Shown here: positions 17,196 through 27,247 of the stretch, in pieces | Numbering within the stretch: the stretch's first letter is position 1 | Layout: each line of letters starts with the position of its first letter | Source: an uncultured archaeon | GTDB taxonomy: Archaea > Iainarchaeota > Iainarchaeia > Iainarchaeales > DTGL01 | Reading direction: 5' to 3' | DNA length: 33,607 bases | Assembly (NCBI GenBank): GCA_964551725.1 | Contig: CAZKED010000011.1 | Coordinates: 1-33,607 of the forward strand | Notes under the pieces: generated by a model | Databases searched by the model: none | What the model saw: only the letters and a program-made list of their open reading frames with translations | Told to the model about the DNA's origin: nothing | Made by a program: the position numbers and the translations under genes

Positions 17196-18140
17196 TCAAG
17201 CGTCCTCTATTCCCTTCTCCGTTATTTGGTAGATTGCCTCTCCGTCCGGCAGGTTCGGGGAATCCACGAGCCTTGCAACCCTTTTAGGGCCCTTGCTTTT
17301 CCTTAAATACAATCTGGTTTTTGAAGCGTGGCCTATTACGTTTCCCCCGATCGGCGCTGTCGGGTCCCCGAAGAGTATGTCGGGTCTCTCCATTACCTGG
17401 TTTGTCACAAACACTACAATGTTGTGCATTTCCGCCAGCTTCATTAGCTGGCGCATGTGCTTGTTCAGTTTCTGCTGTCTCTCCGCCAGCATTCCCCTCC
17501 CTATGTATTCTGAGCGGAACTGCGATGTCAGGGAGTCGACAATAATGAGCTTTATGTTTTTCTCTTTTATGAGCTGTTCCGCTTTTTCCGCCAAAAGCAT
17601 TTGGTGGTCTGCATTGTAAGCGCGTGCCACATAAATGTTTTTAAGCGCCTTTTCCGGGTCGAGCCCGTGCGCTTTTGCTATTGCAATGGCTCTTTCCGGT
17701 CTGAAGCTCGACTCAGAGTCAATGTATAACACGTTTCCGACCAGCCCGCCTTTTTCCTGCGGCAGTTGGACCATTACGCTGAGCTGGAAGCACCACTGTG
17801 TTTTTGAGCTGGCCATTTTTCCGTATACTTCTGTAATGCTCTGGCTTTCAATGCCTCCGCCGAGCAGTGCGTCAAGCTCCTTGCTGCCCGTGCTCAGTTT
17901 TCCTATTTTTTCCCTTCTCTTCTGTATTTTGTCCGCGGTCTCGAAACCCATTTCAAGCGCGTCTCTCGCCGCTTTTATTGCTTTTTCCGCTGTTTTTTCC
18001 CCGAGCCCTGCGGCTTCCATTAATTCCATCGGGGAGGCGACAGCAATGCCTTCAAGCGTCCTGTAGTTTGACTTGAACAGTTTTTCTGCTCCCTGTGCCC
18101 CTATTCCGGGCAAATCCTTTACTTCTTTTATTTCAGCCAT
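17196..18140 (-). CDS. radA: DNA repair and recombination protein RadA
   Basis: N-terminal HhH (DLPGIG), [44 protein letters not shown]. Confidence 0.96.
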   Translation of the reverse strand: MAEIKEVKDLPGIGAQGAEKLFKSNYRTLEGIAVASPMELMEAAGLGEKTAEKAIKAARDALEMGFETADKIQKRREKIGKLSTGSKELDALLGGGIESQSITEVYGKMASSKTQWCFQLSVMVQLPQEKGGLVGNVLYIDSESSFRPERAIAIAKAHGLDPEKALKNIYVARAYNADHQMLLAEKAEQLIKEKNIKLIIVDSLTSQFRSEYIGRGMLAERQQKLNKHMRQLMKLAEMHNIVVFVTNQVMERPDILFGDPTAPIGGNVIGHASKTRLYLRKSKGPKRVARLVDSPNLPDGEAIYQITEKGIEDA

Positions 18141-18202
18141 TTTTTACACCAATTAATTCTTTCCACCGACCTTTTTAATTCTTTTTCTAGAGTACGTTTC
18201 CC

Positions 18203-19522
18203 TTAAACTTTTTCCATTTCCCCGGCAAGCCTTTCGGTTTCGCTGCGGAAATCGATTTTTTTACTTGCATTGGCAATAAAGTCAACGCTTGCGGAATCAA
18301 AGCGGTTTTCATTCGCTTTTCCTTCCACTAGAAGGAATTTCCCCCCTGCTTTCCCTGCCTTTTCATCCAATTCCTTTTCCGATTGCAGGGAAAGGGCGCT
18401 CAGCGCGCTGTCCCCGAAAAAAGTGCAGTTTACATTTGCTTCGCCGTCGTCCAGCACCAGGGAAACAAAAGCCCTTTTTTTTGGCTCGGTCTGCCCGCAT
18501 TTCCTGCAAACGAAGTCATTTCCCTCCCGCTCCGCTTTTCCGCCGCATTTTCCGCATACATTGAACGTGCCTGTCCTTGAAATCCGTGAAACAATGCCGA
18601 AAATTTCGGCGTTCATTCCGGTTTTAAGTTCGCTTATTTTTCTCCTCTCTTTTCCTGCTGCCACAATTTTCGGGATTTTTACTCCGGGGGGCTCGCTTAA
18701 AATCCTTGCATTCCACCCGAGGTGTAGCTCTGTTCCATTAAGCCCTTTTTTTGCATAGGCCCCCTCTATTTTTACCGCTTTCCCTGCTCCGATACTGCTC
18801 ACGGCAAGCGCCAGGTTTCCCCACGCCACCGCTCTCGCTGTGCCGGAATCATCGGCGATTTCAAAGTTTATCACGCTGCGCTTGCCCTTGTCCGAATTAA
18901 ACTCTCTCAATTCGAACACCCTTAGCACTGCCGCTTCAATGTCCACATTCTCCATTCCCTCGCCGAGTTCCGCAATCTTGACATTGCGCGCTTTCGCTTT
19001 TGGAAGTTCCGAGTCCACTTCTTTGGGCGCGAGTTCGATTCTTCCGTTGTATCCGAGTCCGAGTTGCAGTTTTTCATTGTAGCTCGAAACAAAGCAGTTC
19101 TTGAGAAGGAGCGCGGTGCCTCTTTCAACCTTTTTTTTCTCTAGGAATTCGGTGTCCTTTCCCCAGAGCGTTGTCCTTATTTCCCCGCTTTCATCGGCAA
19201 GAACAAGCGGCACATATTTCCTTTTCTTTCCATTCCTTTCCACTTCCCTCGGGGAAAAAATGTGTGCTGCCCTTCCCGCAACTTCAACATTTCTCTGCCC
19301 CTCTTTCAATTCGCCTATTTTTGCTCTCCGGGAGAGTTTCTCTTCCAAGCCGAGTTCTATTCCCAGTTCCTTTGCAATCATAAAAGCCGCGCCTGCGTCG
19401 GTGAGCAGTCCGGAGAACTTCCTCTTTTTCTCCGCTACGAGTTCAAGCACTTCCTTCCTTTTCCTGCCGGTTTCCTTTGTTATTTCATTGACCAGTTTCT
19501 CAAAATCAAGCACTTCGCTCAT
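18203..19522 (-). CDS. rpa: Replication protein A (multiple OB folds plus zinc finger)
   Basis: GLLTDAGAAFMIAKELG N-terminus, repeated DESG/DDSG OB motifs, CGKCG...CRKCG. Confidence 0.88.
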   Translation of the reverse strand: MSEVLDFEKLVNEITKETGRKRKEVLELVAEKKRKFSGLLTDAGAAFMIAKELGIELGLEEKLSRRAKIGELKEGQRNVEVAGRAAHIFSPREVERNGKKRKYVPLVLADESGEIRTTLWGKDTEFLEKKKVERGTALLLKNCFVSSYNEKLQLGLGYNGRIELAPKEVDSELPKAKARNVKIAELGEGMENVDIEAAVLRVFELREFNSDKGKRSVINFEIADDSGTARAVAWGNLALAVSSIGAGKAVKIEGAYAKKGLNGTELHLGWNARILSEPPGVKIPKIVAAGKERRKISELKTGMNAEIFGIVSRISRTGTFNVCGKCGGKAEREGNDFVCRKCGQTEPKKRAFVSLVLDDGEANVNCTFFGDSALSALSLQSEKELDEKAGKAGGKFLLVEGKANENRFDSASVDFIANASKKIDFRSETERLAGEMEKV

Positions 19523-19590
19523 TTTTCCACAGAAAACCTGTGCTGCATTATTTTTTTAATGGATTCCCCTGCTTCTTTTTACGATTTGCG

Positions 19591-20250
19591 ATGTTCGAGG
19601 AACTCAGAAAGAACCTCTTCGTTTACTATCCGCCGAATGCCGGCAGCAACGCCTACCTTCTCATAGGAAAGAAGAACGCTTTCATTGACTCCTCCCTTTC
19701 AATCAATTCCCAGGAACTGCAGGATTCCCTGGAGGCAATAAAGATGAATGCCGCGGAGATAGACCTCGTGCTGCACACCCACGGTCACGCGGACCACTTC
19801 GGCTCGGATTTTATTTTCAAAAAAGCGGAAAAAGCAATGCACTCCTTTGACGCGCAGTACGTTTCAATAAAGGATTCCGCTTTCACAGGCTCAGCGGCGT
19901 TCCGCCAGGATTACTTTCCCGAGATCAGCTCGAATTTCCACGAAGGCGAAATCATCGAGTTAAAGCCATTTTCCCTTGAAGTGATATTCACTCCCGGTCA
20001 CACGGCGGGAAGCGTGTGCTTTTACGACGGGAAGAGCTCACTCCTGTTTTCCGGCGACACTCTCTTCCGCGAAGGTTATGGCAGAACTGACCTCCCGTCA
20101 GGAAACCCCGAGGAAATGAAAGAATCCCTTCAAAAAATTTCAAAGCTGAAATTCGACATGCTTCTCCCAGGCCACGGGCTGGTGTTAAAACACGGCCAGG
20201 AGGAAAACATTGACTTGGTTTTAAAAACTCTTTCTCTTAAATACATTTAG
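19591..20250 (+). CDS. Metallo-beta-lactamase fold hydrolase (glyoxalase II-like)
   Basis: THGHADH, TPGHTAGS, FSGDTLF, LPGHG. Confidence 0.92.
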   Translation: MFEELRKNLFVYYPPNAGSNAYLLIGKKNAFIDSSLSINSQELQDSLEAIKMNAAEIDLVLHTHGHADHFGSDFIFKKAEKAMHSFDAQYVSIKDSAFTGSAAFRQDYFPEISSNFHEGEIIELKPFSLEVIFTPGHTAGSVCFYDGKSSLLFSGDTLFREGYGRTDLPSGNPEEMKESLQKISKLKFDMLLPGHGLVLKHGQEENIDLVLKTLSLKYI

Positions 20251-20267
20251 CCAAGGAGTGCTTCAGA

Positions 20268-21065
20268 ATGGCGGAACTGCGGGAAAAGCATTTTGGAAGG
20301 GTTTATTCGGGCATTCTTTCAGAGATTGAAAGGGACGGCGGGTTAGCATTTGTTGTGATTGACCCCCCGAACCAGAGCCCGGAAACCGCGGGAAAAACCG
20401 CAAAACTGGCGGAGGAAGCAAAAATTGACGCAATTGCCGTCGGCGGCTCTGTGGGAGCACAGGGCTCGCTGCTCGACGGCACGATTTCCCGCATAAAGGA
20501 AAACTGCTCCCTCCCGGTAATACTTTTTCCCGGAAACATTGCAACGCTCTCCTCAAAAGCCGACGCAATCTATTTCATGAGCATGCTCAATTCCCTGGAA
20601 CCCTATTACATTTCGGGGGCGCAGACCGCCGCGTCCCTGCCGGTAAAAAAATCGGGCATTGAGGTGATTCCCACATCCTACATTATTGTCGAGCCGGGCA
20701 GGGCAGCCGGCTGGGTCGGTCGCGCCAAACTGATTCCGAGGGAGCACTCCTATCTCGCGGCAATTACAGCCCTGGCAGGCCAGTACATGGGTTCGCACGT
20801 GGCAATACTTGAGTCAGGCGGAGGCGCGCCAAAGCCCGTGCCCCTGGACATGATAAAGCAGACATCCTCGCTCATAGATATTCCCTTGGTAATAGCCGGC
20901 GGGGTAAAAAACAAAGCCCACGCCCACTCGGTTATAAAAGCAGGCGCGGACATAATCCATGTGGGCACTGCAATAGAGCATTCCTCGTCGGACCTCAGCG
21001 AGGCGGGGAAAAAGCTGGCGGGATTTTCCCGTGCAGTAAAAAAGGCGGGAAAGGAAAAAAAGTAA
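20268..21065 (+). CDS. Geranylgeranylglyceryl phosphate synthase (PcrB/GGGPS family)
   Basis: VIDPP, AVGGS, PVILFPG, YIIVEPG, LESGGGA, IAGGV, IHVGT. Confidence 0.92.
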   Translation: MAELREKHFGRVYSGILSEIERDGGLAFVVIDPPNQSPETAGKTAKLAEEAKIDAIAVGGSVGAQGSLLDGTISRIKENCSLPVILFPGNIATLSSKADAIYFMSMLNSLEPYYISGAQTAASLPVKKSGIEVIPTSYIIVEPGRAAGWVGRAKLIPREHSYLAAITALAGQYMGSHVAILESGGGAPKPVPLDMIKQTSSLIDIPLVIAGGVKNKAHAHSVIKAGADIIHVGTAIEHSSSDLSEAGKKLAGFSRAVKKAGKEKK

Positions 21066-21075
21066 TGCCACCCTT

Positions 21076-21981
21076 TCACTTCCCCTTTTTTAATTGCTTT
21101 ATTGTCTTCTCCAGTCCCTGGAAGGAATTGAATTCCGGCTTCCAGCCGAATTCCAGCAGTTTGCTCACGTTGTAGTTCCTTTCCCTCAGAAGCCTTTCAA
21201 TGTGCGCCGGCGTTACAAGGGCTTTTTTTCCGGAAACAAAGCCCACAATTATGTATAAGTAAGACAGCAGTATGCCCAGCCAGACAGGAATCCTCTTCAC
21301 TTTTCCTCCTTTCCCGAGAAGCTCCACCGCCTTGGAATAAAATTCCGCCAGCGTTGCGCCCTCCTCCTCGGCAACGATGAAAAGCTCTCCGGCGGTATGC
21401 TCGTTTTCAAGGCAGAAAACTATGGCATTGACCAAATCCTGCACATACACCAGCTGGAACCTGTTCTTTCCCGGGCCTATCAAAGGGAAGCCCTTTCCAA
21501 CAAGCCCCAGTATTCCCATCCAGTACCTGTTGGGTCCCAGAACCAGCGCGGAGCGCAGAATTGTGGCGTTCAGTTTTCCCTGGAATTGTTCCACGAGTTC
21601 CCCCGCCTCGGCTTTGCTTTTCTCGTATCTTGTGACAGGGTTTTTTCCCGTGAGTTCGTTTGCTTTTCCCTGCAGGTTTCCCATCACCCCCACAGTACTC
21701 AAATAAATGAACCTTTTCACTTCCGCCTCCGCGCATTTTTGGAGCAGTAATGCTGTGCCCCCCACATTGGTTTCGAACAATGACCCCGAGCTTTCATCAA
21801 GTTCTGCGGCGAGGTGCACCACTGCGTCAATTCCGCGGAGTTTCCTTTGCAGTTTTTTTCCGTCGAGCAGCGAGTCGCCCTCCGCTATGTCGAAGCACCT
21901 CACCGCGAATTTCTTTTTTCTCAGCGCCTTCACCAGCCTTTTTCCAACGAATCCGCTGGAGCCCGTTACAAGTACCTTCAT
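21076..21981 (-). CDS. NAD-dependent epimerase/dehydratase
   Basis: MKVLVTGSSGFVG, VHLAA, YEKSK; start at ATG 21981. Confidence 0.9.
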   Translation of the reverse strand: MKVLVTGSSGFVGKRLVKALRKKKFAVRCFDIAEGDSLLDGKKLQRKLRGIDAVVHLAAELDESSGSLFETNVGGTALLLQKCAEAEVKRFIYLSTVGVMGNLQGKANELTGKNPVTRYEKSKAEAGELVEQFQGKLNATILRSALVLGPNRYWMGILGLVGKGFPLIGPGKNRFQLVYVQDLVNAIVFCLENEHTAGELFIVAEEEGATLAEFYSKAVELLGKGGKVKRIPVWLGILLSYLYIIVGFVSGKKALVTPAHIERLLRERNYNVSKLLEFGWKPEFNSFQGLEKTIKQLKKGK

Positions 21982-22009
21982 GTCGATCCCTACCAATTTC
22001 TCCCAGCAA

Positions 22010-23071
22010 TCAATTAATTCTTTTTGGCTGACCGCCCAGCACAAGGTCTTTTCCGCGTCTTTCAACCGAAGCGTTTTTCAGCGCAATTCCCCCCCTAAAA
22101 TCCGCACTGCAGAGAGCCAGCCCCTTTCCGAATTCTTTGGGGGAAACGAAGAACACTGCCCTGTCAGCAAGCCCCTCCCGCAGGAAGGAGGTGTTTATTT
22201 TCTGCCCTCCTTCGACCAAAACGCTCATTATTTTTTTTCCGCCCAGCACCCGCAATACCTCCCGCAAATCCAGCATTTCCCCCTTTCCCCTGACCGCAAC
22301 GAGTTCCGCCTTTCTTCCCAGCGCTTTTTTCCTCGCGCTACGCAGACCGCGCCGGTAAAAAATAATCGTTTTTCCTTTCTGCTGCAAGAGCTTTGCTTTT
22401 TTTGGAATGCCGAGTTCCGAGTCAAGCACTATGCGGACAGGATTTCTTCCGCGCGGCATCCTGCACGTCAAGCGCGGATTGTCCTTTTCCACAGTACCAA
22501 TGCCTGCCATTATTGCTTCGAATTCGTTCCTCAGTTCCTGCACTTTTTTTCGCGATTCCCCGCAGGAAATTTTTTTTCTCCTGTCGCTCCCGAAAGAAAT
22601 GAAGCCGTCGGCGCTCATGGCAACCTTCAGGAGCACGAATGGCTTTCCTGTCGAAATCCATTTGTTGTACGCCTGGTTCAGTTTTTTGGCTTCACCTGAA
22701 TTCAGCAGTTCCACTTTTATTCCCGCTTTCACAAGCCTTGCAATTCCTTTCCCCCGTGCTTTGGGGTTAGGGTCAATTGTTCCAATAATAACTTTGCGAA
22801 TGCCGTTCTTTATTATTTTTTCAGTGCAAGCTCCTGTCCTGCCCCTGAAAGAGCAGGGCTCCAATGTCACGAACATTTCCCCGCCGCGTGCTCTCTTTCC
22901 GGCTTTTTCCAGCGCGATTGCCTCAGCGTGCTTTCTCCCGCGCTCTCCGTGAAATCCCGTTGCTATTGCCACGCCTTTCCGCAGAACAATGCATCCCACC
23001 AAAGGGCGGTGTTCTGTTTTTCCCTTTCCCTTTTCCGCGATTTCAATTGCCATTGAAATTAATTCTTTCAT
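22010..23071 (-). CDS. ribD: Bifunctional riboflavin deaminase/reductase
   Basis: HAE...VTLEPC...C deaminase domain followed by KVAMSADG, DNPRLTCR, VEGG reductase domain. Confidence 0.93.
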   Translation of the reverse strand: MKELISMAIEIAEKGKGKTEHRPLVGCIVLRKGVAIATGFHGERGRKHAEAIALEKAGKRARGGEMFVTLEPCSFRGRTGACTEKIIKNGIRKVIIGTIDPNPKARGKGIARLVKAGIKVELLNSGEAKKLNQAYNKWISTGKPFVLLKVAMSADGFISFGSDRRKKISCGESRKKVQELRNEFEAIMAGIGTVEKDNPRLTCRMPRGRNPVRIVLDSELGIPKKAKLLQQKGKTIIFYRRGLRSARKKALGRKAELVAVRGKGEMLDLREVLRVLGGKKIMSVLVEGGQKINTSFLREGLADRAVFFVSPKEFGKGLALCSADFRGGIALKNASVERRGKDLVLGGQPKRIN

Positions 23072-23211
23072 AGATTACTGAAAGCGGGTTTTCCTTTTAA
23101 TTGTGTCTTTTGCTTTTTTTCCATGTTTCCCTGCGGAAAGCCAGCGGAATGTTTAATAAGTTTTTTGCCCTCTTTTCTATCAATTTTGTTTCCCCCCTGG
23201 GAAGTGGCTGA

Positions 23212-26004
23212 GTGTTCGGAAGCGAAAAAAAATTGTCCCAGATAGCCGATGGCGAACCCTTCGAATTACTCGTAAAACTAAAAGGCGAATTGCTGAAAAA
23301 AGAGAACGAGCTCGCGGAAAAAGGATATGTGGACAGGGAAATTTTAGTGCTCTTGAACAAGCTCGGCAAGGAAATCCAGGTGCGCAGGGAAGGACTCGTT
23401 GAAAAAAACGAGCTCAACCCAAGGGTAATGGGTTTGGTCAAGGACATCGAGAGAAAAATAAAGGAAATAGATGCAAAAATGCAAAAGAAACCATTGGGGG
23501 AACTCCAGAAAAAAATGAGAGCAAAAAGGGAGGAAAAACCAGCCGAAGAGAAAGAGCCGGTTGCAAAACCAAAACCGCAGATTCCCGCCTTGCCGGAAGC
23601 GGCTACTGCCCCCGGAAAATGGCGTGCTCTTCCCAAACAAAGGCCCTTGCCAGCGCAGCCCGGCCAGCCGCCCGAAATGAAGCCGCAACCCACTTTGCCC
23701 CGGCAGCCAGCACCAAAGCCCGAAATTGAAGGAAAGCCGGAACTCAAGCCGCCAATACTGGAATACCGTAAAATGCAAGCGCCCCAACTCGAAAAGCCAC
23801 AGCCAGAGGAAAGAATAAGCCCTGAGGAAGAACTCGCACAGGAGGAATCCCTGAGAAAAGCACTTGAAAGAAGAATGGATGCGCTGAGCAAACTGCAGGA
23901 AGAGAAAAAACCTTCCGCTCCCCTTACAGAAGAGCCGGTTCCCATTCCGGAAACGCCGGCAAAACCGGAACCATTCGCCCAGCCCGAACCCATTCCGGCA
24001 CCCCGCGAACAATATCCCGCTGCAACGCCTCCCACTGCCCCAAGAGAAGCGCCTTCCGCGGAACCCATGCCGTTTGAAACCCTGACCAAGCAAGCCGGAG
24101 AAGCAGGAGAGAAAATCCCCGAATTCGAGCGCCCGGAAAAAGAACCGGAATCCTTCTGGCCCAGGGCAGAGGAACAGGAAACAATTCCCCAAGAACAGGG
24201 AAAACCAATTGCAGAAGAAACCTTTTGGGAAGAGGAAAAGCCCGCTGTTCCTGTCCCGGAACCCGAGCCAGAACCATTGCCTGAGCAAGTTCCAACCGCG
24301 GAACCAGTTCCAAAGCCAGCGCTGGAACCAGAACCCCAACCAGCGCCGGAGACCGCGGCAGAGCCAGAACCACGGCCTGAACCCGAGTCAGAACTCCACG
24401 AGGAGCCAGCCCGCAAGCTGGAACCCGAGCTGCAGCCGCAAGCCGAATCCTTTTGGGAAACCCCCGCGCCAACAGAGCCCCGAGTTGAAGAAAGTCTCGC
24501 CGGAATTCCCCCAAAAGAAAGGCAGGAAACTCCTCAAGCAGGGCAAGAATCCACAGAAGAACCGGAAGAGCCGCTCCAGCTCTTCGGCCCGAGTTTGAGA
24601 ATGGAAAAAGAACAAGCTGAAGCGCGGGCTTCCTTGGCACCGAGTGCCCCGAAAGAGCGTGTTAAAGTTCCGGTTGCTCCTCCCCAAAGGGAAGAGCCGA
24701 TTCCAGAAATGCTCCCTGTGCAGAAAGAGGAAAAGCCATCCTTTGGAAGAGAGGAGGGAGCGGTAGCAGCGGGTTTTGGGAAGACCGCACCGGCGCCAAG
24801 CCAGACGCCAGCCACAGGCGCAATGGCAGGAGCACTTGATGTTTCCTCCGCCGAAGAACTCTACGCTTCATCGGTTTCCCTTCTCAAAAAACTGCAAATT
24901 GAAAACGGCGCGTGTCTTGCCACAAACCTGGATGAAAGAATTCCCTACATATACCCGAGGGACCATGCCTTCGCAACCCTTGCCTTTGTTTCTGCCGGAA
25001 TGAGGGAGCGCGCTGCCAGAGCGCTTGAATTCGCCCTTGGAGGGCAAAAAAAGGACGGCTCCTTTCCCCAGCGCTGGTACAAGGAGGGAAGCGACGCAAG
25101 CTACAAGCCCTCGAGGATTGACTCCTGCGCTTTAATAGTGCTCTCCTTTGCCGAATACGTTAAAAGATTCCGAGACATCCCTTTTGCCCAGCGCCACTGG
25201 GACAGCATTGAAAGGGCAATAGAATTCATTGATTTTAAGATTTCCCCTGAAAAAAAGCTCGTGTTCGCGGAAGCTTCAGTGCACGAGTTCCCGCCCCTGG
25301 AAAGGGGTTATGAAATATGGGCGAATGCTGCTTGCTATGCCGCGCTCAAGAACGCTGCGCAAATAGGCGAAGTGTTGAAGGTGAGAGTGAACGCCCTAGA
25401 CAAGCACCATACATTGAAGGAAGGAATTCTCTTCCAGTTGTGGAATTCCCGCTCCGCCTCTTTTGTAAAATGCATCAAAACAGGGGAAACCCTTTCAGTG
25501 TTCACCAAGCCGGATGCCTCGCTCCTCGCGGTCTCCTTTTTCGATTTGCTCAAGCCGGAAAACGAGCGGGTGAAAGGAACGGTTGAAAGAGTGGAAAATG
25601 CCTTGCAGCACAAAGAACTCGGCGGAATCACGCCTTTGCGCAGGGAAAACAATTTCCTCGGAAGCGCTTACGGTTCAAGCCCCTTTTTCACTCTGCTCCT
25701 GGCTGACGCTTTCATAAAACAGGGAAACAGGGAAAAAGCGGAAAAATACCTTGCCTGGGCTTCGGAGAATTCCTTCGGAAAAAAGCTCGCTGAAACAGTT
25801 GCCGTGCAGCAAGACTTTGAGCAATTCATCTCAGACCTGACTGACGCGGGGCTGCTCTCCAAGGAGAGAATGAGGCAGGCGGAATACGTGAAAGCGCATC
25901 CGCTGTTCCGGCAGGGAATTGCCCGCATCACAGAGCCGTTCTCATTGCCCCACGCCCTCTTCGTTATAGTGTGGAATGAATTCAAGAACTCTTTTTCCGG
26001 TTAG
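23212..26004 (+). CDS. Coiled-coil plus long Pro/Glu-rich linker plus GH15-like six-hairpin glycosidase domain
   Basis: YIYPRD, QKKDGSFPQRW, DASLL, LGGITP motifs in the C-terminal ~380 aa. Confidence 0.75.
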   Translation: MFGSEKKLSQIADGEPFELLVKLKGELLKKENELAEKGYVDREILVLLNKLGKEIQVRREGLVEKNELNPRVMGLVKDIERKIKEIDAKMQKKPLGELQKKMRAKREEKPAEEKEPVAKPKPQIPALPEAATAPGKWRALPKQRPLPAQPGQPPEMKPQPTLPRQPAPKPEIEGKPELKPPILEYRKMQAPQLEKPQPEERISPEEELAQEESLRKALERRMDALSKLQEEKKPSAPLTEEPVPIPETPAKPEPFAQPEPIPAPREQYPAATPPTAPREAPSAEPMPFETLTKQAGEAGEKIPEFERPEKEPESFWPRAEEQETIPQEQGKPIAEETFWEEEKPAVPVPEPEPEPLPEQVPTAEPVPKPALEPEPQPAPETAAEPEPRPEPESELHEEPARKLEPELQPQAESFWETPAPTEPRVEESLAGIPPKERQETPQAGQESTEEPEEPLQLFGPSLRMEKEQAEARASLAPSAPKERVKVPVAPPQREEPIPEMLPVQKEEKPSFGREEGAVAAGFGKTAPAPSQTPATGAMAGALDVSSAEELYASSVSLLKKLQIENGACLATNLDERIPYIYPRDHAFATLAFVSAGMRERAARALEFALGGQKKDGSFPQRWYKEGSDASYKPSRIDSCALIVLSFAEYVKRFRDIPFAQRHWDSIERAIEFIDFKISPEKKLVFAEASVHEFPPLERGYEIWANAACYAALKNAAQIGEVLKVRVNALDKHHTLKEGILFQLWNSRSASFVKCIKTGETLSVFTKPDASLLAVSFFDLLKPENERVKGTVERVENALQHKELGGITPLRRENNFLGSAYGSSPFFTLLLADAFIKQGNREKAEKYLAWASENSFGKKLAETVAVQQDFEQFISDLTDAGLLSKERMRQAEYVKAHPLFRQGIARITEPFSLPHALFVIVWNEFKNSFSG
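24232..24387 (+). repeat. 156-bp direct repeat, copy 1 (in the GH15-like gene)
   Basis: 155/156 identical to 29678-29833. Confidence 0.95.
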
Positions 26005-26012
26005 GAATTGAA

Positions 26013-26396
26013 ATGGGTTTGAAAGATTTTTTGAAGCCGACATTCCCGAAGCTACTGGTCTCATTTTCCCCGCTTGCAGGGCTTTTGTCCCTCTGGCTTC
26101 GCATCGTGGTCTTTTTTGAGGGAACCACAACAGGGCTTTTAGGAACCCCCCCAGCGGTGAATGAAGTGTCAATCGTAATCCTCTTGATTTTATTTCTTGA
26201 GGGAATTTTCCTATTCGCGGTTTTTTACATTGTTTTTTCCACAGCCGCTTTTTTTGCAAAGGAAATTTTCCCGCTGAAGATCCCAATTGAAAGCAGTTTC
26301 TGGTCCAATCCAATTGCAAAAGCATTGCTTGCCTTTGGGCTGGATTTTTTGTTTTTCTATACTCTTATCCCGCTCCTTCCATTGCACTGGGGCTGA
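26013..26396 (+). CDS. Small membrane protein
   Basis: 127 aa, about three hydrophobic segments, N-terminal KDFLKPTFPK. Confidence 0.65.
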   Translation: MGLKDFLKPTFPKLLVSFSPLAGLLSLWLRIVVFFEGTTTGLLGTPPAVNEVSIVILLILFLEGIFLFAVFYIVFSTAAFFAKEIFPLKIPIESSFWSNPIAKALLAFGLDFLFFYTLIPLLPLHWG

Positions 26397-26563
26397 CACA
26401 GTTTAGGCAACCGCCCTGCAGGAAAGTCTTTAAAAGCTTTTATGGGAACATTTGTTCTATCAAAGAGCCTGATTTTGCTCCCCACGGGTTGAGCAAAGGC
26501 TTTGGAACAAAAGCTTTAAAGGAGTTGAATTGTTCAAAATCCAACAAAGGCAAAGGTGTAAAA

Positions 26564-27247
26564 ATGAAAATATTTGAAGTGCCAGCAACAAGGTTGATTG
26601 AGGAAGTGGCAATCGACCTCGGGAAAAAATTCAAAATGGAAAAGCCGGCGTTCACTGAATTCGTGAAAACCGGCTCCCACAGGGAGAGAGCGCCGCAGAA
26701 GGAGAACTGGTATTACGTACGCGCAGCCTCGATTCTCTACAGGCTTGCAAGGGAAGGCAATCTCGGCGTTGGCTCCCTGCGCACCTACTACGGCGGGAGA
26801 AAAAACCGAGGCGTCAAGCCCCACAAATTCCGAAAGGCAAGCGGCAAAATCATACGCTCAGCGCTCCAGCAGCTTGAAGCAGCGGGACTCGCGAAAAAGG
26901 GGGAAAAAGGCAGGGTAATCACTGGCACGGGCAGGGCGTACCTGGACCGCAAGGCAAAAGAACTCAAGGCAAGCATACAAGAGGAAAAAAGGAAAGCAAA
27001 ACCGCAAAAACCCCCCAAGGAAAAACAAGCCGAAAAGCCCCGAGAAGAAAGCTTGGAAAAGCCCGCGGGAAAAAAGGAAGAAAAAAAAGGGGAAGCCCTT
27101 GGGCAAAAAAAACCCCGCGAGCAGGAAACCGGTTCAGTGAAAGAAAGAAAGGGCGGAAAAGGGAAGCCGCCTAAAGGGCAAAAGAACGTTGAAAAAGGGG
27201 AAAAGACACCCGAGGAAAACAAAAAGGAGGAGAAAAAGGGGGGATGA
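26564..27247 (+). CDS. rps19e: 30S ribosomal protein S19e with long charged C-terminal extension
   Basis: VKTGSHRERAP...WYYVRAASILYRL, YYGGRKNRGVKP, SGKIIRSALQQLE; AGGTG RBS before ATG 26564. Confidence 0.95.
   Translation: MKIFEVPATRLIEEVAIDLGKKFKMEKPAFTEFVKTGSHRERAPQKENWYYVRAASILYRLAREGNLGVGSLRTYYGGRKNRGVKPHKFRKASGKIIRSALQQLEAAGLAKKGEKGRVITGTGRAYLDRKAKELKASIQEEKRKAKPQKPPKEKQAEKPREESLEKPAGKKEEKKGEALGQKKPREQETGSVKERKGGKGKPPKGQKNVEKGEKTPEENKKEEKKGG

Noticed and set aside
21249-21259. Additional exact TTATGTATAAG copy
   Set aside because: Lies inside the epimerase coding sequence (YLYII), 15 kb from the cluster, with no partner arm; probably chance, though not excluded.
23097-24640. Long antisense ORFs (439, 331 and 238 aa) and similar shadows over xerA, ribD, ftsY and the OPT gene
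   Set aside because: Reverse-strand shadows of real genes with biased codon use; no recognisable motifs.
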